Positions 40,096-49,500 of a stretch of DNA of 64,000 nucleotides are shown piece by piece. Origin of the DNA: an uncultured Holophagales bacterium (GTDB lineage Bacteria > Acidobacteriota > Thermoanaerobaculia > Multivoradales > UBA5704); assembly GCA_963842525.1 (NCBI GenBank), contig CAWJGT010000003.1, positions 736,001 to 800,000 of the forward strand, given 5' to 3'. A program made the position numbers and the translations under genes. Under the pieces are notes generated by a model. The model was not told the origin of the DNA. It saw only the letters and a list, made by a program, of their open reading frames with translations, and did not search any database. Numbering within the stretch: position 1 is the first letter of the stretch; each line of letters starts with the position of its first letter.

Positions 40096-40692
40096 CGCTG
40101 ACTCAGCGCACGCTCCGCAAAGCCAGAGTCAGCTCGCGCTGGCGCAATGTCCCGGGACGCTGGCTCAGCGTACGCTCCGCAAACCCAGCGTGAGCTCACG
40201 CTGGAGCAGAGTCCCGGGACGCTGGTTCAGCGTGCGTTCCGCAAACCCAGCGTGAGCTCACGCTGGCGCAGAGTCCCGGGACGCTGGCTCAGCGTGCGCT
40301 CCGCAAACCCAGCGTGAGCTCACGCTGGCGCAGAGTCCCGGGACGCTGGCTCAGCGTGCGCTCCGCAAACCCAGCGTGAGCTCACGCTGGCGCAGAGTCC
40401 CGGGACGCTGGCTCAGCGTGCGCTCCGCAAACCCAGCGTGAGCTCACGCTGGCGCAGAGTCCCGGGGCGCTGGCTCAGCGTGCGCTCCGCAAACCCAGCG
40501 TGAGCTCACGCTGGCGCAGAGTCCCGGGACGCTGGCCCAGCGTACGCTCCGCAAACCCAGCGTGAGCTCACGCTGGCGCAGAGTCCCGGGACGCTGGCCC
40601 AGCGTACGCTCCGCAAAACCAGCGTGAGCTCACGCTGGCGCAGAGTCCCGGGACGCTGGCCCAGCGTACGCTCGCAAAACCAGCTTTCACGC
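40096..40692. repeat. 62-bp tandem repeat array, 9 units plus a degenerate partial unit
   Basis: Unit CGCTGGCGCAGAGTCCCGGGACGCTGGCTCAGCGTGCGCTCCGCAAACCCAGCGTGAGCTCA starting at 40137, 40199, 40261, 40323, 40385, 40447, 40509, 40571, 40633. Confidence 0.95.
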
Positions 40693-40832
40693 CCGGCGGC
40701 ACACATTGAACGTCCGCCAACACGCAACACCCATCGGCACGACGGAACGCGGCGTTGGTGGCTGCGGGGGCCTTGGAGACGCCCTGGCCGCGGTGGTCAC
40801 CACAGGCGCGGTGGTCGCGGACTAGGGCGTCT

Positions 40833-41126
40833 CTACACACGGACGCGTGAGGAATGGACGGTCGTAGGACTGGACGCGATGTAGAGGAGATCACCCGACT
40901 GGAGAATCTCGTCCCAGACCTCGGTTCGAGGCGGCAATTCCCCGACGAGTTGGTGACCCGACAGGACCGGGAGATCCGTCAGTGGCTCCTTGCCCTGGAT
41001 CCTTTCGGCTCTGTAGAGAGCTATGGCCTCGCGGACCAGATCGTCGAAGAGTCGGTTCCTGGCTTCTGCTGCTTGCCGGAAGGCCTCGTAATCGGAGTCC
41101 GGTACGGAGACAGAGAAAGTTCTCAT
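40833..41126 (-). CDS. RHH antitoxin-like protein without recognisable toxin
   Basis: MRTFSVSVPDSDYEAFRQAAEAR..DLVREAIALY. Confidence 0.6.
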   Translation of the reverse strand: MRTFSVSVPDSDYEAFRQAAEARNRLFDDLVREAIALYRAERIQGKEPLTDLPVLSGHQLVGELPPRTEVWDEILQSGDLLYIASSPTTVHSSRVRV

Positions 41127-41263
41127 GAGTACGTATCATACAAGCTTGGTCTGAGGCCGTCAATTCTCCGCCCCCGCCTCGTGGTAGTCTCCCTTCCGCC
41201 TTGCCGAGGCACTCTTATGCCTTGGTGGGGGCGGTCCCTTTCATCGCTCATCTGGAACGAGGC

Positions 41264-41962
41264 ATGCACGAGAGAGTCCTCATCACCGGCGCGGCCGGCG
41301 CCCTGGGCCGGAGCGTGGTGACGCGCTTCCTGGACGCTGGCGAGCGTGTGCTCGCGGTGGATGCCGACGAGTCGGCGCTCGGTGAGCTGACCGGGCTGGC
41401 TCCGTCGGACCGGCTGTCCGTGCGGCGGGTCGACCTGACCTCGACCGAGGAGGTGCAGGGCCTGTTCGACGACGCCGAGCGCGCTTCGGGCGTGCCGCGG
41501 GCCGTGGTCCACCTGGTCGGCGGCTTCCGCTGGGGGCGGATCGCCGACATGTCCGACCGCGACTGGAGCTATCTGTTGAAGCTGAACCTGGATACCACGT
41601 TCCGCGTGTTCCGCGAGGCGGCTCGGCGTTTCGAGAAGGCCGGCGGCGGAGCGATCGTGGCGGTGTCGGCTCCGGCAGGCCTGCTCGGCGAGGCCGGTGT
41701 CGGAGCTTATTCGGCCACCAAGGCCGGAGTGCTCCGCCTGGTCGAAGCGCTGGCCCGGGAGCTCGCGCAATACGGCGGCCGGGTCAACGCCGTCCTGCCC
41801 GGCACCATGGATACGCCGGCCAACCGGGCGGCGATGCCCGGGGCCGACCCGGACAAATGGGCCTCGACCGATGCGGTCGCGGCGGTTATCCACTACCTCA
41901 CGACGCCGGCTTCCGCCGCCGTCAACGGCTCCGCGGTGCGGGTGCCTGGACCGACGCTATGA
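41264..41962 (+). CDS. SDR-family oxidoreductase
   Basis: ITGAAGALG, YSATK, RVNAVLPG. Confidence 0.92.
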   Translation: MHERVLITGAAGALGRSVVTRFLDAGERVLAVDADESALGELTGLAPSDRLSVRRVDLTSTEEVQGLFDDAERASGVPRAVVHLVGGFRWGRIADMSDRDWSYLLKLNLDTTFRVFREAARRFEKAGGGAIVAVSAPAGLLGEAGVGAYSATKAGVLRLVEALARELAQYGGRVNAVLPGTMDTPANRAAMPGADPDKWASTDAVAAVIHYLTTPASAAVNGSAVRVPGPTL

Positions 41963-42469
41963 ACCATGCCCTGGAGTGCCATGTCTATTACGATTCGAGG
42001 CGCCATGCGGAGCCGCCTGCCGGGTGCGGCGACCGGATCGACCTCGCCGACCGGCCGGAGGCCGGGCATCTCCTCAATCGCTTTGGCCTCTCGCCGAAGG
42101 ATGACCTGCCGGCCGTCCTGTTGACCGAGGCCGGCGGCAAGCTGCGTATCGTCGGCCTGCGGCTCACCGAGGAGGAGACCGCGCGGCTCGCTTCCGGGGC
42201 ACGGCATCCCGGCCGAGCGGCTGATCGTCTACAGCTCCTCCTGGTGCCCGGACTGCCGGCGCGCCAAGCGGGTCCTGGAGGAGGCCGAGCGGCTCTTCGA
42301 GGAGGTCGACATCGACCGCGACCCGCAGGCCGAGGCCATGGTGCTGGAGAAGAGCGGCGGCCGCCGGGTGGTGCCCACGCTGCGCTTCGACGACCGGCTG
42401 TGGGCCTTCAACCCCGACCCGCCGCTGCTGCGCCGCCTGCTGGCCGGCAGGGCGCTCGACACGACGTAG
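41959..42469 (+). CDS. Glutaredoxin/mycoredoxin-like protein (frameshift near 42200)
   Basis: MNHALEC... N-terminal part, then shifted frame IVYSSSWCPDCRRAK..VDID..RVVPTL, stop at 42467-42469. Confidence 0.7.
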
Positions 42470-42470
42470 C

Positions 42471-42493
42471 GGCGGGCTTCCGGCCCGCCTTTT
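42471..42493 (+). terminator. Putative intrinsic terminator
   Basis: GGCGGGC-TTCCG-GCCCGCC-TTTT right after the stop codon. Confidence 0.45.
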
Positions 42494-42520
42494 CGTACCC
42501 GCCGTAAGGAGATGCATCCA

Positions 42521-43313
42521 ATGAGGATCGCGGTCTGCATCAAGCAGGTCCCCAACACCGAGGCCCGGCTGCGCATGAGCCGCGACGGCAGGTGGATCGA
42601 GGAAGAGGACCTGCCGTTCGTCATCAACGAGAGCGACGAGTACGCTCTGGAGGAGGGGCTCTCCCTGGCCGAGAAGACCGGCGGCGAGGTGGTGGTCTTC
42701 AGCCTCGGGCCGGAGCGCGTCAAGGAGGCGCTGCGCAAGACCCTGGCCCTCGGCGCGGCGCGGGCGGTACACCTGTCCGATCCCGCCTTCCAGGGCGGCG
42801 ACGCCCTGGCCACCGGCCGCTCCCTGGCGAAGGCCATAGGACGCGAGGCGTTCGACCTGGTGCTCACCGGCTCGCAGTCGGACGACCTGCGTTACGGCGC
42901 CACCGGGTCGATCGTCGCCGGGCATCTCGGCTGGCCGCACGTCTGGCTGGTCATGGGCGTCGAGCTGGAGGAGGGGAAAGAGCGCCAAGGTGACGCGCGA
43001 GATGGAGAGCGGCATCAACGAGATCTCGCGCATCCAACTGCCCGCGGTGCTGGAGATCCAGGCCGGCATCAACCATCCGCGCTACGCCTCGCTCAAGGGG
43101 ATCATGGCAGCCAAGAAGAAGGAGATCGCGGCCGTGACGCCGGCCGATCTGGGGCTCGACCCGTCGCAGGTGGGCGGTGCCGGGTCGCGGCTGGAGGTGA
43201 TCTCCGTCTCGTTCCCCCAGAGCGGAACCGGAGCCCAGATCCTGGAAGGCGACGCCAAGACGGCCGCCGCCCGGCTGGTCGAAAAACTGCAGAAGGAAGC
43301 GAGGGTGCTCTGA
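42521..43313 (+). CDS. etfB: Electron transfer flavoprotein beta subunit (frameshift near 42985)
   Basis: VCIKQVP, INESDEYALEE, LTGSQSDD; second frame INHPRYASLKGIMAAKKK. Confidence 0.9.
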
Positions 43314-44293
43314 TGGCGAACGTCTGGGTGGTCGTGCAGCAGCGGGAAGGCCAGCTCCCTCGCATCTCCTGGGAAGCGATCGCGGCGGCGCAGCGCCTGG
43401 CCGCGCAGGCTGGAGGGAAGGCCGAGGCGCTGGTCCTGGGCTCCGGGATCGGACTGGCCGCGGCCGATGTGGCCAAGTGCGACCTGGCCGTGGTACACGT
43501 GGCCGATCACGAGGCCCTGCGGGCCTATACGCCGGGCGGCTACATCGGCGCCCTGGCGCCGGCGATCCAGGCGGCGCGGCCGGATTGGATCGTGTTTCCC
43601 CATACGTATCAATCGGTGGACTACGTGCCGCGGTTGGCGCAGGTGGTGGACGCCGGGCTGCTGCCCGAGGTCACCGGTTTCGAATCCGGAGAGGGCGGCC
43701 TGGTCTGGTCGCGCCCGATCCTCGGCGGCAAGCTCCAGTCCAAGGTGCGGGTGAAGGGCGAGGGGACGGTCCTCGTCTCCGTCCAGTCAGGCGCCTTTCC
43801 GGCCGACGGGGTGGTCAAGGGCGAGGCCGAGGTCCGGCCGCTCGACGCCGACCTCTCGGGAGTGGCGCCGGACCGCGAGATCCTCGGCTATGAGGAAGTG
43901 GGTGGCGACCAGGTCGACCTCACCAAGGCGGACGTCATCGTCGCCGTCGGCCGTGGCGTCGGCGGCGCGGACAAGATGGGCCCTCTCGAAGAGCTGGCCC
44001 GTGCGTTGGGAGCCGAGATCGGCGCCAGCCGGCCGGTGATCGACAACGGCTGGCTGCCGCGCGACCGGCAGATCGGCTCTTCAGGGCAGACCGTCGCGCC
44101 CAAGCTCTACATCGCGGCCGGGATCTCGGGCGCCATCCAGCACCTGGTCGGCATGAAGGGCTCGTCGGTGATCGTGGCGATCAACAAGGACCCCGGCGCG
44201 CCGATCTTCACCGTGGCCGACTACGGCATCGTCGGCGACCTGCACGAGGTGGTTCCGGCGCTGACCGAGGCGATCCGGGCGGCGAAGGGGTAG
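43313..44293 (+). CDS. etfA: Electron transfer flavoprotein alpha subunit
   Basis: [46 protein letters not shown]. Confidence 0.95.
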   Translation: MANVWVVVQQREGQLPRISWEAIAAAQRLAAQAGGKAEALVLGSGIGLAAADVAKCDLAVVHVADHEALRAYTPGGYIGALAPAIQAARPDWIVFPHTYQSVDYVPRLAQVVDAGLLPEVTGFESGEGGLVWSRPILGGKLQSKVRVKGEGTVLVSVQSGAFPADGVVKGEAEVRPLDADLSGVAPDREILGYEEVGGDQVDLTKADVIVAVGRGVGGADKMGPLEELARALGAEIGASRPVIDNGWLPRDRQIGSSGQTVAPKLYIAAGISGAIQHLVGMKGSSVIVAINKDPGAPIFTVADYGIVGDLHEVVPALTEAIRAAKG

Positions 44294-44325
44294 ATTTCCC
44301 GTCCAGTCAGGAGGCGGGCGGCCGG

Positions 44326-44490
44326 GGCCCCTCACCCCCCGGCCCCCTCTCCCAACCGCCCTCCCTATCCTCCGGGAGAGGGGGAGAAATGCATATGGAT
44401 GAGCTGAGGTGATGACGCACGACATGTCTTCGCTCCCCTCTTCCGGTGGTCCGGGTGGGCGGTTGGGAGAGGGGCCGGGGGTGAGGGGCC
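44326..44490. repeat. Palindromic element overlapping the lysAC start
   Basis: GGCCCCTCACCCCCCGGCCCCCTCTCCCAACCGCCC ... GGGCGGTTGGGAGAGGGGCCGGGGGTGAGGGGCC. Confidence 0.88.
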
Positions 44491-47098
44491 GCTGGGTCGT
44501 CCTCAAATTCGGCGGAACCAGCGTCTCGACGCGGGAGAGCTGGCGGACGATCGCGAGCCTGGTGCGGGAGCGGATCGAGGAGGGGCTGCGGCCCCTTCTC
44601 GTCGGCTCGGCGCTGAGCGGCGTCACGGATGCTCTGGAGGAGATGCTCGGCCTCGCCGTGCTGGGCCGGCACGAGGCGGCTCTGCACGCGATCGAGGCAC
44701 GGCATCTGGAGCTCGGGCGGGCTCTGGGGCTCGACCCCGAGCCGGTTCTTCGCGGCCGAGCTCGAAGAGCTGTCGCGCCTCGCCCTGGCCGCCTCCCTCC
44801 TGCGTGAGGCCGGCCCCGGTCTCAAGGCCCGCGTCCTGGCCTGCGGCGAGCTGATGTCGACCCTCCTGGGCGTCGCCTTCCTCCAGGGCCAGGGGATTGA
44901 AACCGCCTGGCTCGATGCCCGCGAGGCGCTGGTGGCGCTCGACGAGCCGGGAGCCCGCGGTCTCCGCTATGGGCGCAGCGGGCGCGCCTATCTCTCCGCG
45001 AGCTGCGGCTGGGAGCGCGACGACGCGTTGCGCCTCCGGCTGGAGGCCATGAAGGCGGAGGTCGTCGTCACCCAGGGCTTCATCGCCCGCAACTCCGACG
45101 GCGAGGTCGTCCTGCTCGGCCGCGGCGGGTCGGATGCCTCGGCGGCCTGCTTCGCGGCCCGGCTCGGCGCCGAGCGCTGCGAGATCTGGACCGGCGTCCC
45201 CGGCATGTTCACGGCCAATCCGGCCCTGCTCCCGTCGGCCCGTCTGCTGCGCGCCCTCGACTACGAGGAGGCGCAGGAGGTCGCCATCGCCGGCGCCAAG
45301 GTGCTCCATCCGCGTGCGATTTCGCCTCTGCGTCACCACAGGATCCCGCTGCACGTCCGCTGGACCCTCCGGCCGGACGCGCCGGGCACCGTGATCTCCG
45401 CGTCTGGACCGGGCACCGAGCCGGAGGTCAAGGCGATCTCGACCCGTAGCGGCATCACGCTGATCTCCCTGGAGACGGTCGGGATGTGGCAGGCCGTCGG
45501 CTTCCTGGCCGACGTCTTCGCCTGCTTTGCCCGCCATGGGATCTCCGTCGACGCCATCTCGACCTCGGAGACCAACGTCACCGTCTCGCTGGACCCGGAC
45601 GCCAATGTCCTCGATCCGGCGCTCCGGCGGAGCCTGCTGCGCGATCTCGGGCAGCTCTGCGAGCCGCGGGTGATCGAGCCCACGGCGGCCATCTCCCTGG
45701 TCGGCCGCGGCATCCGGGCCATCCTGCACGAGCTCGGGCCCGGTGCTCGAAGCGTTCGAGGAGATCCAGGTCCATCTGGTCACCCAGTCGGCGAGCGACC
45801 TCAACCTGACCTTCGTGGTCGACCAGGAGCAGAGCGAGCGCCTGATCCGCCAGCTCCACGGCCTGCTCTTCGGGCACAAGACCGAAGGGCCTGTGTTCGG
45901 GCCGACCTGGGACGAGCTCGCCGCCGAAAGGTCGGCCGAGGCGGCGCGCCCAGCGGCGCCGTGGTGGCAGGAGCGTCGCGAGCGAGCTGCTGGCGCTGGC
46001 GCCAGGAGGAGGGCCCGGTCTACGTCTACGACGCCGAGACGCTGCGACCGCTCGGTCGCGGCCCTGCGCGGCCTGAAGGCGGTCGACCGGATCTTCTACT
46101 CCGTCAAGGCAAACCACCAACCGGAGGTGCTCGCCCGGTTCCACGGCGCGGGGCTGGGGTTCGAGTGCGTGTCGGTCCCCGAGCTGGAGCACGTCCGCGC
46201 GCTGTTCCCGGCCCTCGACGGCTCCTGCCTCCTTTTCACTCCCAATTTCGCGCCGCGCCAGGAGTACCGGCGTGCCTTCGAGCTCGGCGCCTGGGTGACT
46301 CTCGACAACCTGCACCCGTTGCGCGAGTGGCCGGAGGTGCTTGCGGGGCCGGGAGGTGCTGCTGCGGCTCGATCCCGGCCGGGGCAAGGGGCATCACGTC
46401 CACGTGCGCACGGCCGGCGTGCAGTCCAAGTTCGGAGTCGCTTTGGAGGAGCTGGACGAAGCCAGGCGGCTGGTCGAGGAGCGCGGGGTCCGCGTGGTCG
46501 GCCTGCACGCGCATGCGGGCAGCGGCATCCGCACCGCCGGGGCGTGGAGCGAGACCGCGGCCTTCCTGGGTGCCGCCATCGAGCGCTTCCCGGAGGTCCG
46601 GGTGCTCGACCTCGGGGGCGGCCTGGGGATTCCCGAGCGGCCGGGGCAGAGCCCCCTCGACCTCGACGCGTTGGGCGCCTCGCTGCGCCGCTTCCGCGAG
46701 CGGCTACCCCGAGCTTGGAGCTCTGGCTGGAGCCGGGCCGTTTCCTGGTGGCCCAGGCCGGCGTGCTGCTCGCCCGCGTGGTCCAGGTCAAGCGCAAGGG
46801 GGGCGTCACCTACCTCGGCCTGGAGACAGGGATGAACTCGCTGATCCGACCCGCCCTCTACGGCGCCTATCACCCGATCGTCAACCTCTCGCGCCTGGGC
46901 GAGCCGGCGACCCTGATCGCGCACGTCGTGGGTCCGATCTGCGAGACCGGCGACATCCTCGGCCGCTCCCGGCGCCTCGCTCCGGCCCGGGAGGGAGACG
47001 TCCTCCTGATCGCCAACGCCGGAGCCTACGGCCGCGTCATGAGCTCGCACTACAACATGCGCGAGCCGGCAGGGGAGCGGCTGCTGGAGGCAAGGTAG
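44481..47098 (+). CDS. lysAC: Bifunctional aspartate kinase / diaminopimelate decarboxylase (LysC-LysA fusion; several frameshifts; start could be 44409-44424)
   Basis: WVVLKFGGTSV, GELMST, TQGFIA, LLGRGGSD, ACT domains; FYSVKANH, SKFG, HAHAGSG, DLGGG, EPGRF, GPICETGD, NAGAYG..MSSHYN. Confidence 0.88.
47004..47087 (+). repeat. 84-bp direct repeat copy 1 (3' end of lysA)
   Basis: TCCTGATCGCCAACGCC...GAGCGGCTGCTGG matches 49034-49117 with one mismatch. Confidence 0.95.
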
Positions 47099-47146
47099 AC
47101 TGGATGGACGCCAGCAGGGTCAGGGGGCGGCGATTGGAGAGATAGG

Positions 47147-47711
47147 GTGCACGGTTTTCCGCGGGACTTCTGGGGCAAGCTCGACCAGGCGCCGGATGGC
47201 TCGGTGATCGGATGGCATCCGCTCGTCCATCATTGCGCCGACGTGGCCGCCTGCTGTGAGGCGCTGCTGCGCGAGACGCTTCTCGCACGCCGGCTGGCGG
47301 CGCTTGCGGGACGCGACCGACTCTCTTCCGTGCAGGTCGCCCGGGCGGGGCTACGCCGAACGGCGGCAAGGGCACCTCAACCTGATCCGCCGCGATCTCG
47401 CCTTCGGCTCGGACTCGGCCGGTGAAAGCGTCGCGTTCCCGAGCGGCGACACCGCGCGCCGCATCCCGACCCGCCTCGGGCTGGAAGACCGCCTCGTTCA
47501 CTTCGAGCCACCGGTGCCGAGCCCGTTCAACGCCGGCCGCGCGATCACCGACCTCACCCTGCCCCATCACCTTGTGGCGCCGGGGACCTCGCCGGATGCC
47601 GAGACCGCCGACGAGATCGAGCGGACCGAGGGAGGTTTCTCGTTCCGGTTCGGCGCCGGGCGGTACCTCTACGACCGGCTGGGGCTTCGCAGGGTGGACC
47701 TCACCCCCTGA
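47147..47711 (+). pseudogene. cas3: Internally deleted cas3 (HD N-terminus joined out of frame to the C-terminus)
   Basis: FWGKL..WHPLVHHCADVAA is the Cas3 HD start; after ~47345 another frame gives IPTRLG...YLYDRLGL, typical of the I-E Cas3 C-terminus. Confidence 0.75.
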
Positions 47712-47729
47712 CCCCAGGGCGCTGGCGGG

Positions 47730-47870
47730 GACCTCACCCCCCGTCCCCCTCTCCCATCCCACCGGGAGAGGGGGCGCCGCCGCCCAAAGACATGAAAAAG
47801 CGAGGGTTGGGGGTTCCCCCTCTCCCGGCCGGCGGGGGGGCGATGGGAGAGGGGGTCAGGGGGTGAGGTC
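47730..47870. repeat. Palindromic element family copy
   Basis: GACCTCACCCCCCGTCCCCCTCTCCCATC ... GATGGGAGAGGGGGTCAGGGGGTGAGGTC. Confidence 0.85.
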
Positions 47871-48065
47871 CAAGGCTGCGGCGCCAGCGGGACTTTGGCG
47901 GGAGCCCCCAGGGCGCAGCGCCAACGTCTTCCCCTTGTCGCCGGGACATGTTATCTTTCGTCTTTCGTCCGGGAACGAATCCGAAGGAAGACATTCTATG
48001 AGTCAGCCCGCCGTTCAGGCCCTCGACGAAGACCTCTCCTTCGATCTCGGCACTCCTCCAGTGCC

Positions 48066-48339
48066 ATGAGCTTGAATGGGACCCGAAGAAGGCAGCCGCC
48101 AACCGTCGCAAGCACGGCGCATCGTTCGATGAAGCAGCAACGGTTTTCCCCTCGATCCGATGGCCGTGTCTGGCTCTGACCCGGACCATTCGCTCGGCGA
48201 AAAGCGATACATTACGTTCGGGAGGTCACGGTTGGGTCGGCTGCTTGCCGTATGCCACACGTACCGGCCGGGTACCATTCGCATCATCACTGCACGCCGA
48301 GTGACGCGCGGCGAAAGGAAGTTATATGAAGAAGGCTGA
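48066..48339 (+). pseudogene. brnT: BrnT-family toxin (two frameshifts, near 48068 and 48149)
   Basis: Reconstructed ELEWDPKKAAANRRKHGASFDEAATVF..DPDHSLGEKRYITFG..RLLAVCHT..IRIITARRVTRGERKLYEEG. Confidence 0.8.
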
Positions 48340-48559
48340 AGACGAGATGCGAGCCGAGTACAAGAAAGCTGACTTTGCGAAGCTGGAACGTGGAAAGTTC
48401 TACGAGGAGGCGGCGCGAGGGACTTCTGTTGCCTTGCTTGAACCAGCTATCGCAAAGGCGTTCCCCACCTCAGAAGCAGTCAACCAAGCGCTGCACGATC
48501 TGCTAGCCCTGGCTGAGAAGGCGGCACGCATCACGCGCCGCGCCAAAGCGCGCCGCTGA
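48326..48559 (+). CDS. BrnA-like antitoxin
   Basis: DEMRAEY...RGKFY...LLEPAIAKAFPTSEAVNQAL; overlaps the brnT end. Confidence 0.8.
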   Translation: MKKAEDEMRAEYKKADFAKLERGKFYEEAARGTSVALLEPAIAKAFPTSEAVNQALHDLLALAEKAARITRRAKARR

Positions 48560-48603
48560 AGGTAACTCCGAGCGCGGGCGCGCCCCCCTGGGACCGTCGC
48601 CTC

Positions 48604-48720
48604 GTGACCCTCGTGGAGCCGGGAACCCCGCCGGACGCCGCGACCGCCGCCGAGGTCGAGCAGACCGAGGGAGGTTTCTCGTTCCGGTTCGGCCCCCGGC
48701 GCTACCTCTACGACCGATGG
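48604..48720 (+). pseudogene. Second, diverged copy of the cas3 3' end
   Basis: LVEPGTPPDAATAAEVEQTEGGFSFRFGPRRYLYDR versus LVAPGTSPDAETADEIERTEGGFSFRFGAGRYLYDR at ~47571-47680. Confidence 0.85.
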
Positions 48721-48735
48721 CGAGATTGTCAAGGC

Positions 48736-48945
48736 ATGCATACACACAGCTTGCTCGCTCAACCTCTGCTCACCGTCAGGGCCGGAGCCGGTGAACGGCT
48801 GAGGACCACCCTCCCGGATCTCCTCGCGCATCTCGGCCGCGGCGAGGAGCTGGAGCCGCTCGCGCTGCGGCCGCACCAGCACCACGCCTGGCACGCCTTC
48901 CTGGTCCAACTCGGCGCGCTGGTGCTCCACCGTACAGGGGACCGC
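48736..48945 (+). pseudogene. 5' fragment of cse1/cas8e (casA)
   Basis: HSLLAQPLLTVR...TLPDLLAHL...LRPHQHHAWHAFLVQL resembles Cse1 N-termini; lies after cas3 and runs directly into a CRISPR repeat. Confidence 0.65.
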
Positions 48946-48950
48946 TCGCT

Positions 48951-49035
48951 CGGTTTCCCCGTGCCCGCGGGGATCGACCCATGCCGGAGGCGTTCCACTT
49001 CACCGTGAGTCGGTTTCCCCGTGCCCGCGGGGATC
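48951..49035 (+). CRISPR. Type I-E CRISPR remnant: one full repeat, one ~31-nt spacer, one truncated repeat
   Basis: CGGTTTCCCCGTGCCCGCGGGGATCGACC at 48951 and CGGTTTCCCCGTGCCCGCGGGGATC at 49011 (period 60); matches the I-E GTTCCCCGCG..GCGGGGAT hairpin type. Confidence 0.8.
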
Positions 49036-49117
49036 CTGATCGCCAACGCCGGAGCCTACGGCCGCGTCATGAGCTCGCACTACAACATGCGCGAGCCGGC
49101 AGGGGAGCGGTTGCTGG
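49034..49117 (+). repeat. 84-bp direct repeat copy 2 (lysA 3' end duplicate)
   Basis: Matches 47004-47087 at 83 of 84 nt. Confidence 0.95.
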
Positions 49118-49157
49118 GCGTGCGGGTCCTCACCCCTAGCCGGCAGACGGCGCGAGG

Positions 49158-49499
49158 TCAGGCCGCTTTCAGCATGAAGTTGACGTGCACGGCGTCAAAC
49201 GGGAAGACGATCCGCCCGTCCTCTGTTTTTTGAAGGATTCCCGCGTTGAGCAGAGCATGGACATCGCCATGCACCGCCTTGACGTCCCGTTCAACCCGCC
49301 GGGCCGATTCGCGGAGCGTCACCGGCCCGGCACCCGTCAGCACCGAGAGCAGCTCCCACCGCTTTTGCGTCAGAACCTTGAATAAAAGCGCTGGCGTTTC
49401 GAAGCTGATGAATTCTCCTTGCGGCTCTCCTTCGAAGGCGCGGAGCAGGCGGCGGTTGGTCTCTTTGCGGGATGAGACCTCCAAAGTCACGGTGCTCAT
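49158..49499 (-). CDS. wHTH antitoxin/transcriptional regulator (partner of DUF6516)
   Basis: ISFETP..VLTQKRWELL..LRESARRVERDVKAVHGDVHALLNAG. Confidence 0.8.
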   Translation of the reverse strand: MSTVTLEVSSRKETNRRLLRAFEGEPQGEFISFETPALLFKVLTQKRWELLSVLTGAGPVTLRESARRVERDVKAVHGDVHALLNAGILQKTEDGRIVFPFDAVHVNFMLKAA

Positions 49500-49500
49500 A

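Noticed and set aside
40096-40692. 62-bp array as a CRISPR array
   Set aside because: The period resembles CRISPR, but whole units are near-identical with no unique spacers, and the sequence is unrelated to the true I-E repeat at 48951.
42512-44293. 593-aa EtfB-EtfA fusion ORF
   Set aside because: Artefact of the frameshift near 42985; the EtfB C-terminus ends at 43313, overlapping the etfA ATG.
48980-49010. CRISPR spacer self-targeting within this window
   Set aside because: No match noticed by eye in the window; a full-genome search is needed.
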